Shown here: positions 56,889-64,000 of the stretch, piece by piece
Layout: every line of letters starts with the position of its first letter
How positions within the stretch are numbered: position 1 is the first letter of the stretch
Program-made: the position numbers and the translations under genes
Source: an uncultured Bacilli bacterium
GTDB taxonomy: Bacteria > Bacillota_I > Bacilli_A > RFN20 > CAG-826
Assembly: GCA_944375905.1 (NCBI GenBank)
Contig: CALWAS010000019.1
Coordinates: forward strand, 5,394 to 69,393
DNA length: 64,000 nt
Reading direction: 5' to 3'
Notes under the pieces: model-generated
Seen by the model: only the letters and a program-made list of their open reading frames with translations
Database searches by the model: none
What the model was told of the DNA's origin: nothing

Positions 56889-59735
56889 ATGGACGAGAAG
56901 AAGTACCGCGTCGAACGCCAAGGCTACGCCGAGGAAGAATACCGCCTCGGCGCAAGGAAGAATTCGCTTCCGGCCGGAGAAAAGGAGCGGAAGTGGATAA
57001 CTCGGCTCGCCAACCACATCCAGAATCTTCCGACGGCCCATGTCGTGGCCGGAGACCCCGAATACAACGCCCTGGCTTGCTGCGTAAGCGACGAAGAGGC
57101 GAAGATCGTCTGCAAGATGAAGCTTCGGAAGCACTACTCGCTTGCCGAGCTCATCAAGAAGACGAAACTCGCCAAGGAAGTCATCGAGCCGCTTCTTACC
57201 AACCTCGCGATGACTGGCGTTCTCATGTATGACCCCGAGGATCCAGAAGTCGGCCCCGATTCCGAGAACAAGAAGCAGGGCGGCTATTGGGTTCCGATTT
57301 TCGTCCCCGGCATCATGGAGTGCCTCGTCGACAACGTGAAGCTCGCGGAAGCCCACCCGGAAATCCCGAAGGCATTCAACGAATACACCATCAAGCGGAT
57401 CATGCCGCTTGCCGGCAACCTTCCCGTCGGCGGCGGCGTCATGCGCGTCATCCCGATCGAGAAAGCCATCAAGGACGACCCCAAGCACACCGTTGACGAG
57501 GAAATCAGCCATTACGTCGAGACGGCAACCGATATCTGCGTCTCGCCGTGTTCTTGCCGGGTAGCCCGAAGGATCCAAGGCGAAGGATGCGGCCATCTCG
57601 AAGATGACATGTGCATCCAGTTCAATGAGGCCGCCCGCGCCTTCATCCACGCGGGAAGGGGACGGAGGATTAGCAAGGAAGAGTGCTATGAGATCCTCAA
57701 GAAGGCCGAAGACAACGGCCTCATGCACGAAATGCCGAATACCGACGGCGTCGGTTCGACCCACGCCCTTTGCAACTGCTGCGGCTGCTCGTGCTTTTCG
57801 CTCCGGACTGGCGAGTATTTCCATACCGCCACGATGGTAAGGAGCAACTACATTTCGAAGATCGATCCGGACAAGTGCGTAGCCTGCGGCGAATGCGTCG
57901 AAGCCTGCCCGATGAACGCCTTGAAGCTCGGCGAGCGGCTTCCGAACAAGAAGCCGATCAAGGTCAAGACGCCGCTTAGTGCCTTCGACCACAAGTGGGG
58001 TGCCGACAAGTGGAACCCCGATTACCGCTACAACCGCGAGTACGTAATGGAAGAGACCGGCACGGCCCCCTGCAAGGTCGCCTGCCCCGCCCATATCGCG
58101 ATCGAAGGCTATTTGGAGTTGGCCCGGCAGGGACGCTTTGCCGAAGCGCTTGCCCTCATCAAGGAAAAGAACCCGCTCCCGGCCGTTTGCGGCCGCGTTT
58201 GCAATAAGCGCTGCGAAGACGCCTGCACGAGGGGAAGCATCGACTCGCCCATTTCGATCGACGAGGTCAAGAAATACATTGCCCAGCTCGATATTGAGCA
58301 AAAGACGCGGGTTTTGCCGAGGATAGAGCATCCGGAATTCGCCTCGATCAAGATGGCGGTCGTCGGTTCGGGCCCGGCTGGGATTTCCTGCGCCTACTAC
58401 CTTGCCGCCAAAGGGTACAGCGTTACCGTTTTCGAAAAGGAAGAGCGTCTCGGCGGCATGCTTACGCTAGGCATTCCCTCCTTCCGGTTGGAGAAGGACA
58501 TCGTCGAAGCCGAAATCGCCGTCCTCAAAGACCTTGGCGTCGAGTTCAAGACCGGCGTCGAGGTCGGAAAGAACGTCTCCATCTCCGAACTTAAGGAAGA
58601 AGGCTACAAGGCCATCTATCTTGCCATCGGTGCCCAGGACGGGAGAAAGCTCGGGGTGCCGGGAGAAGAAAACCAAGGCGTTCTCTCGGGCATTGCCTTC
58701 CTGAAGGCCGTCAACCTCGGAAAGGCCCCGCGCCTCCACGGTCGCGTCGCCATCATGGGCGGCGGCAACGTCGCGATCGACGTCGCGAGGACGGCCATCC
58801 GCTATGGCGCTTCGGCCGTCGACCTCTATTGCCTCGAGGGCCGGGACATCATGACCGCGGCCAAAGAGGAAATCGAAGAGGCCGAGAAGGAAGGCATCCT
58901 CATCCACAACGGATGGGGCGTGAAGGAATTCCAAGGCGAGAGGGGAACGCTCAAGAAGGCCGTTCTCAAGAAGTGCGTTTCGGTCTACGACGAGCATTAC
59001 CGCTTCAATCCGGCCTACGATGAAAAACAGCTCCTCGAAGTCGAGTGCGATTTCTTCATCTCGGCCATTGGCCAAAGCTACCGCTGGGGGCATCTCCTCG
59101 ACGGGACCGGCTGCACGCTTCTTCCGTCGGGACGCATAAAGGCCGACCCGCTCACCTATCAAAGCGACGACCCCGACATCTTCGTCGGCGGCGATTGCTA
59201 TCTCGGGCCGCGCTTCGCCATCGATGCCATCGCGACCGGGAAGGAAGGCGCGGAGAGCATGCACCGGCACGTTCACGAAGGTCAGTCCCTCCTTGTCGGG
59301 CGGGCTCAGAACCCGTATCTCGCTTCCTACATGCTCGACAAGGACAACATCGTCGTCCAGGGATTCGACAATGCCCCGCGGGTCGAGGTGCGAGTCCAAA
59401 AGCTCGACGATCCGATGAAGGACGGCCGCGTCATCCTTAGCGAGGAAGAAGTTAAGAAGGAAGCCGGGCGCTGCCTCAAGTGCGGCCGGACCTACGTCGA
59501 CGAGACGATGTGCGTCGGCTGCGGCCTATGCACGACCAAGTGCAAATTCGATGCCATCAGCCTCGTCCGCCGTTTCGACGCCTATGGCGTTCCCTACGAG
59601 AAGTCGACGACGAATGCCGCTCCTCACCTCATTTCCCGGAACCTGAAGATCGTCTTCACCGGAAAGGGAAAGGAAAAGGAAGTAAGCAAGGACCTCCTCG
59701 ACAAGCAAGACGCCAGGAAGGAAACGATTCGCTGA
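56889..59735 (+). CDS. multidomain Fe-S flavoprotein: Cys-rich Fe-S module + GltD/NfnB-like NAD(P)H:FAD oxidoreductase + C-terminal ferredoxin
   Basis: The second ATG (56889) has better AGGAGG spacing. N-terminal module: CVSPCSC, CGHLEDDMC, CNCCGCSC, CVACGECVEACP. Middle: CPAHIAIEGY ... CGRVCNKRCEDAC, VAVVGSGPAGISCAYYLA, IMGGGNVAID. C-terminus: CLKCG ... CVGCGLCTTKC. Confidence 0.85.
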   Translation: MDEKKYRVERQGYAEEEYRLGARKNSLPAGEKERKWITRLANHIQNLPTAHVVAGDPEYNALACCVSDEEAKIVCKMKLRKHYSLAELIKKTKLAKEVIEPLLTNLAMTGVLMYDPEDPEVGPDSENKKQGGYWVPIFVPGIMECLVDNVKLAEAHPEIPKAFNEYTIKRIMPLAGNLPVGGGVMRVIPIEKAIKDDPKHTVDEEISHYVETATDICVSPCSCRVARRIQGEGCGHLEDDMCIQFNEAARAFIHAGRGRRISKEECYEILKKAEDNGLMHEMPNTDGVGSTHALCNCCGCSCFSLRTGEYFHTATMVRSNYISKIDPDKCVACGECVEACPMNALKLGERLPNKKPIKVKTPLSAFDHKWGADKWNPDYRYNREYVMEETGTAPCKVACPAHIAIEGYLELARQGRFAEALALIKEKNPLPAVCGRVCNKRCEDACTRGSIDSPISIDEVKKYIAQLDIEQKTRVLPRIEHPEFASIKMAVVGSGPAGISCAYYLAAKGYSVTVFEKEERLGGMLTLGIPSFRLEKDIVEAEIAVLKDLGVEFKTGVEVGKNVSISELKEEGYKAIYLAIGAQDGRKLGVPGEENQGVLSGIAFLKAVNLGKAPRLHGRVAIMGGGNVAIDVARTAIRYGASAVDLYCLEGRDIMTAAKEEIEEAEKEGILIHNGWGVKEFQGERGTLKKAVLKKCVSVYDEHYRFNPAYDEKQLLEVECDFFISAIGQSYRWGHLLDGTGCTLLPSGRIKADPLTYQSDDPDIFVGGDCYLGPRFAIDAIATGKEGAESMHRHVHEGQSLLVGRAQNPYLASYMLDKDNIVVQGFDNAPRVEVRVQKLDDPMKDGRVILSEEEVKKEAGRCLKCGRTYVDETMCVGCGLCTTKCKFDAISLVRRFDAYGVPYEKSTTNAAPHLISRNLKIVFTGKGKEKEVSKDLLDKQDARKETIR

Positions 59736-59738
59736 TCC

Positions 59739-60083
59739 ATGCACGAAATGGGAATCTGCCTCGAGCTTTTCGCTTCCCTCCGCGACGTGATGAAAGAGAA
59801 CGGGATAACCGCGCTCTCCTCGGTGACTTTGACCCTCGGCAAGGCTTCCATGGTCGTGCCGAGGTACATGAAGGATTGCTGGGAAATCGCTAGGGACGGA
59901 ACCGAATTCGCCTCGACCGAGCTCAAGATCGTCGAGACGCCCGCCCACGGACGATGCCTAGACTGCGGATTCGTTTTCGACATCGAGAAATTCGACCGCA
60001 AATGCCCGAAGTGCGGGGCCGTCGATTCATTCGTTCCGCTCGATGGCAAGGAATGTGAGATAACCGAGATCGAGGCTGCGTAA
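59739..60083 (+). CDS. hypA: nickel metallochaperone HypA
   Basis: 114 aa. MHE N-terminal Ni motif and zinc site CLDCG-x12-CPKCG. Starts 3 nt after the preceding stop. Confidence 0.9.
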   Translation: MHEMGICLELFASLRDVMKENGITALSSVTLTLGKASMVVPRYMKDCWEIARDGTEFASTELKIVETPAHGRCLDCGFVFDIEKFDRKCPKCGAVDSFVPLDGKECEITEIEAA

Positions 60084-60098
60084 CCAAAATGCATCAAA

Positions 60099-60125
60099 TT
60101 AGCACTCTCCACTTGCGAGTGCTAA
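60099..60125. promoter_or_regulatory. CIRCE element (HrcA operator)
   Basis: Perfect TTAGCACTC-N9-GAGTGCTAA, 42 nt upstream of the clpB ATG. Confidence 0.92.
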
Positions 60126-60167
60126 AAAGTTGTCCTAAGATTCTGCCGCAAAGGAGGTTTTATCGTT

Positions 60168-62285
60168 ATGGACAACGGAATGATGGATTATCAAAACGAC
60201 GAGAACATCCTTGAGAAGTTCGGTCGCAACATCAATTCGGACGTCAAGGCCGGCAAGATCGACCCGGTCATCGGCCGCGACGACGAAATACGCAAAGTCA
60301 TCCAGATTCTTGCCCGCAAAAGCAAGAACAACGTCATCCTTCTAGGCGAGCCGGGCGTTGGCAAGACTGCCATCGTCGAAGGCCTGGCCGAGCGGATCGT
60401 CAAAGACGACGTTCCGACCTCCCTCAAGGACAAGGAAGTATACGAGCTCGACATGGGAGCCCTCCTCGCCGGAGCCAAATACCGCGGCGAATTCGAGGAG
60501 CGTCTCAAGGCCGTCCTCAACAAGATAAAGAACAGCAACGGCAAGATCATCCTCTTCATCGACGAGATACATCTCATCGTGGGGGCCGGTCGCACGGACG
60601 GGGCCATGGATGCCTCGAACATGCTCAAGCCATTGCTCGCCCGCGGCGAAATCGACTGCATCGGGGCCACGACCCTCAACGAGTATCGAAACTACATCGA
60701 AAAGGACCGCGCCCTCGAGCGCCGCTTTCAGCCTGTCATGGTCGGTGAACCGACCGTCGAGGACACCGTTTCGATTCTCCGCGGCCTCAAGGAGCGCTTC
60801 GAGTCGTTCCACGGCGTCGAGATCACCGACGGGGCCCTCGTGGCCGCGGCCGTCCTCTCGAACCGCTACATCACCAATCGCTTCCTTCCCGACAAAGCCA
60901 TCGATCTCGTCGACGAAGCTTGCGCGACCATAAAGGTCGAAATCGAGTCGATGCCGGTCGAACTCGACGAAGTAAACCGCAAGATCCGGCAGCTCGAGGT
61001 CGAGAAGGTCAATCTCGCCAAGGAAAAGGACGAGTCGAGCAAGAAACGCCTCGCCGACCTTGAAGGAGAGCTTTCCTCCCTCAAGAAGCAAAACGACGAG
61101 CTCACCAAGAAGTGGGAAGTCGAAAAAGGCGAGATCAACGAAGCCAAGGAGCTAAAGAAAAGGATCGAGAAGGCCAAGTTCGACCTTCAGACGTCTTTCT
61201 CGCACGGCGACTACGAAACGGCTTCCCGCCTCCAATACCAGGAAATCCCGGAAATGGAAAAGCGCCTTTCCGCTATATCCAAGAAGGGCGCGGACGAAGA
61301 GCGCCTCGTCAACGAGGTGGTGGACGAGGATCTAATCGCCAAGATCGTCTCCAAGATGACGAACATCCCTGTTTCGAGGATCGAGAAGGGGGACCGCGAA
61401 AAAGTCCTCGACCTCAAGAAGACCCTTGAGGCACGGGTAATCGGCCAAGACGAGGCCATAACCCTCGTCTCGAATGCCATTCTCCGTCAGCGGGCCGGCA
61501 TCCAGAACCCGAATCGGCCAATCGGAAGCTTTCTCTTCCTCGGGCCGACCGGCGTTGGTAAAACCGAGGTCAGCAAGGCCTTGGCGGAAGCCCTCTTCGA
61601 CAACGAGAACAACATCATCAGGATCGACATGTCCGAGTACATGGAAAAGTACTCGGTCAGCCGTCTCATCGGGGCCCCGCCTGGATACGTCGGCTACGAA
61701 GAAGGGGGCCAGCTTACCGAAAAGGTGAGGCGGAACCCCTATTCGATCGTCCTCTTCGACGAAATCGAGAAGGCGAACCCGGAGGTTTACAACCTCTTGC
61801 TCCAGATTCTCGACGAAGGGCGGCTTACCGACAGCCAAGGGCGGCTCGTCGATTTCAAGAACACCATCATCATCATGACGAGCAACCTCGGGAGCGATTA
61901 CATCCTAGAGGGACACAAAGAGATGGTGGAGCCGCTCCTTCACCAGACCTTCAAGCCGGAATTCCTCAACCGGATCGACGAAATCGTCTACTTCAATCCG
62001 CTGGGGAAAGAGGTGCAGAAGGACATCGTCAAGAAGATGCTTGGCGAGCTTAGGCATCGTCTCGAAGGGCGTTACTACGAAGTCGATTTCGATGAATCGC
62101 TCGTCGATTACATCCTCGATAGCGCCTACACCCCGAAATACGGTGCCCGGCCGCTAAAGCGCTTCATCTCCGACAAGATCGAGACTTTCCTCGCGACGAA
62201 GATCGTCGAAGGGAGCCTCTCGACCGAGAAGGCCTACTGTCTATCCTACGATGGGAAAGACGGGCTCCTTCTCAAGGCGAAATAG
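60168..62285 (+). CDS. clpB: ClpB disaggregase lacking the N-terminal domain
   Basis: 705 aa. NBD1 [15 protein letters not shown], a coiled-coil M-domain ([18 protein letters not shown]...), and NBD2 GPTGVGKTE. The protein begins about 20 aa before NBD1. Confidence 0.95.
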   Translation: MDNGMMDYQNDENILEKFGRNINSDVKAGKIDPVIGRDDEIRKVIQILARKSKNNVILLGEPGVGKTAIVEGLAERIVKDDVPTSLKDKEVYELDMGALLAGAKYRGEFEERLKAVLNKIKNSNGKIILFIDEIHLIVGAGRTDGAMDASNMLKPLLARGEIDCIGATTLNEYRNYIEKDRALERRFQPVMVGEPTVEDTVSILRGLKERFESFHGVEITDGALVAAAVLSNRYITNRFLPDKAIDLVDEACATIKVEIESMPVELDEVNRKIRQLEVEKVNLAKEKDESSKKRLADLEGELSSLKKQNDELTKKWEVEKGEINEAKELKKRIEKAKFDLQTSFSHGDYETASRLQYQEIPEMEKRLSAISKKGADEERLVNEVVDEDLIAKIVSKMTNIPVSRIEKGDREKVLDLKKTLEARVIGQDEAITLVSNAILRQRAGIQNPNRPIGSFLFLGPTGVGKTEVSKALAEALFDNENNIIRIDMSEYMEKYSVSRLIGAPPGYVGYEEGGQLTEKVRRNPYSIVLFDEIEKANPEVYNLLLQILDEGRLTDSQGRLVDFKNTIIIMTSNLGSDYILEGHKEMVEPLLHQTFKPEFLNRIDEIVYFNPLGKEVQKDIVKKMLGELRHRLEGRYYEVDFDESLVDYILDSAYTPKYGARPLKRFISDKIETFLATKIVEGSLSTEKAYCLSYDGKDGLLLKAK

Positions 62286-62350
62286 CCTTAGAGGCCCTTC
62301 CAAGCAGGGAGGGCCTTTTCGCTCTTTATATTGCATAAGGAGGTTGAACC

Positions 62351-63220
62351 ATGGGTCTCGCAAACATCATATTCGCCCATTACGCGCTCAAGAACGACCG
62401 CAAGCGCGACAAAGGAAAGGTGCTCCCAAGCGACATCAGGGAATGGAAGGATCTTTCCTATTCTCCCGACGATGGAGTCTGGGGCATGCTCGACGTTTAC
62501 CGTCCCGACCGGGAAGGCGTCTTTCCCCTCATCGTCGTCGTCCATGGCGGGGGCTTCATCTACGGGACGAAGGAAATTTACTCGCGTTACGCGAAAACCC
62601 TCGCCCACGAGGGATACGTGGTGGCCTGCTACAACTATCCGCTGGCTCCCAATAAGCGCTTCCCGTATCAGCTGAAGTCGCTCGACATGCTCATGGCCTT
62701 TCTTAAGGAAAGAAGCGGCGAGTTCGCTTTCGATCCCGACCATGTCTATCTATATGGCGATTCGGCCGGCGCCTCCCTCTCGCTTCAATACGCGATCATT
62801 ATGAGCAACGAGGAATATAGGAAACTGTTCCCCGAGCTGAAGCTCCCGCTTCCGATCAGCGGGCTCTCGCTCAACTGCGGGCTCTATGAGGACCTTGGAT
62901 CATCGGGCGGCACCAACGAGTTCATGATGTGGCGGAACTATCTGCCGCGCCATCGGGATAAAGACGACCCGCGCTTCAAGATCGTCGAAAACATAACTTC
63001 AAGTCTTCCGCCGTGCTTCGTCATGACGAGCGACGGGGATTTCCTCTTGCCTGGAAACGCCCCCTTGATCGAGAAGCTCAAGGAAGAAAAAGTCCCTTAT
63101 CTATATGTCGAGCAAAAGGGAAAAGAGAAACCGTTAGGACATGTCTTCCATCTCGACGTCGATACCGACGACGCAATTGAAGTAAGACGAAAATCCCAGC
63201 AATTCCTGTCTAAATTTTGA
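62351..63220 (+). CDS. alpha/beta hydrolase, HSL-type esterase/lipase
   Basis: 289 aa. Oxyanion HGGGF and nucleophile elbow GDSAGA. Confidence 0.85.
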   Translation: MGLANIIFAHYALKNDRKRDKGKVLPSDIREWKDLSYSPDDGVWGMLDVYRPDREGVFPLIVVVHGGGFIYGTKEIYSRYAKTLAHEGYVVACYNYPLAPNKRFPYQLKSLDMLMAFLKERSGEFAFDPDHVYLYGDSAGASLSLQYAIIMSNEEYRKLFPELKLPLPISGLSLNCGLYEDLGSSGGTNEFMMWRNYLPRHRDKDDPRFKIVENITSSLPPCFVMTSDGDFLLPGNAPLIEKLKEEKVPYLYVEQKGKEKPLGHVFHLDVDTDDAIEVRRKSQQFLSKF

Positions 63221-63241
63221 GATTCATGGAAAAAGGAAGGG

Positions 63242-63895
63242 TTATTGCCCTTCCTTTTTTTCCTGTTCTTCTTTCCGATGGGCCTTGAGCGTCCTATAGC
63301 GGTGGATGAGGAGGACGACCGCGGTGACTGGAATGCCGAGGATGAGCAAATACCCAAGCTCCCATCCTTGGCCGGCATCGATGTCGAGTCCCATTTCGAC
63401 GTAAATGGCTATTAGCAGCGTCCAGATGACCCCGATGGTCAAAAGGAAGTTCCATGATTTCTTGCCCCAGGCGGCGTTGAAGGCGATGAGGACGAAAAAG
63501 GAGATGGGAACGGCCCAGACGAAGGATATCCATCCCTGCCAGGCCCAACCCATGAGAAGGTCGCTCACGAAAAGGAAGGTCGCGAGGGTCCAGACCGAGA
63601 CGACCCCGAGGCTCGTGATGATTATCTTGTTGGAAATTACGGTCCTAGGATCGTTTTCCCCGACTTCCTTGAGGACGGAGTCGCTTTGCTGATGGGTCAG
63701 GAAATCGAGGGTCACCCCATAGAAGTCCGCTAGTTCATAAAGGGTGTTGAGGTCGGGAAGGGCTTCTCCGCGTTCCCATTTGGATATGGCTTTGTCACTA
63801 TAGGAAAAGCGTTCGGCCAGCTGGCCTTGGGTCAGGCCACGGTGTTTCCTCAACATGGCGAGGTTCCTTCCGACGATGGGGGTGATGTCGATCAT
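63242..63895 (-). CDS. XRE-family HTH regulator fused to a 4-TM membrane domain
   Basis: 217 aa. LRKHRGLTQGQLAERFSYSDKAISKWERGEALPDLNTLYELADFYG, followed by hydrophobic helices and a basic tail. Confidence 0.8.
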   Translation of the reverse strand: MIDITPIVGRNLAMLRKHRGLTQGQLAERFSYSDKAISKWERGEALPDLNTLYELADFYGVTLDFLTHQQSDSVLKEVGENDPRTVISNKIIITSLGVVSVWTLATFLFVSDLLMGWAWQGWISFVWAVPISFFVLIAFNAAWGKKSWNFLLTIGVIWTLLIAIYVEMGLDIDAGQGWELGYLLILGIPVTAVVLLIHRYRTLKAHRKEEQEKKEGQ

Positions 63896-64000
63896 GCGTG
63901 CCGTATTTTAGCACCCGGGCTTAGGCAAAAGAAAAGAGCGCCTTTTGCGGCGCCCGGGTTGAGACACTTTGTCGGTCTTCGTCTTAGAAATCGATGATGA

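Noticed and set aside
56859-59399. 490-aa and 310-aa minus-strand ORFs antisense to the Fe-S flavoprotein gene
   Set aside because: Shadow ORFs. The sense strand carries ferredoxin and Rossmann motifs, and the antisense strand carries none.
1-64000. Mollicutes genetic code 4 (TGA = Trp)
   Set aside because: It was considered because of the Mollicutes-like features. However, TGA terminates mnmE, tatD, the DUF362 gene and others at the expected protein ends, and it forms ATGA start/stop couplings. All conserved proteins are full length under the standard code.

Overview
This window covers the chromosomal replication origin of a Bacillota/Mollicutes-like bacterium that uses the standard genetic code (TGA is a stop; several ATGA start/stop overlaps). 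The core layout is rpmH-rnpA-yidC-jag-(inserted membrane gene)-mnmE-tatD-rnmV-rsmA-ispE-glmU on the minus strand, then a DnaA-box-rich oriC at about 16.4-16.95 kb. Beyond it, dnaA-dnaN-yaaA-recF-gyrB-gyrA-GT4-serS-ffs(SRP RNA)-tadA sit on the plus strand. Gene orientation flips exactly at oriC. Other recognisable content: ppdK, a fused MacB-like ABC transporter, a P-type ATPase, psuG, tldD/pmbA, rpmE, metG, rlmD, a MATE pump, and a GH13 amylase with a truncated tandem paralogue and a LacI regulator. There is also a TPP-riboswitch-controlled ThiT-like transporter, hypB and hypA, and a CIRCE-controlled clpB that lacks the N-domain. No CRISPR array, rRNA, tRNA, transposase or integrase was found. 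The most unusual items are: (1) hypB and hypA bracket a 948-aa Fe-S/flavin fusion protein, with no hydrogenase or urease in 64 kb; (2) an AT-richer islet holds a translationally coupled dinJ-like/DUF362/macrodomain/69-aa operon with a repeat operator; (3) two parS-like sites share an identical 14-nt core inside coding sequence, with no parAB visible; (4) a membrane-anchored DUF2188 gene is inserted between jag and mnmE; (5) an approximately 490-bp noncoding gap upstream of the MATE pump carries repeated modules, mini-ORFs and an orphan terminator. All calls rest on reading the translations and the DNA by eye; no database search was run.
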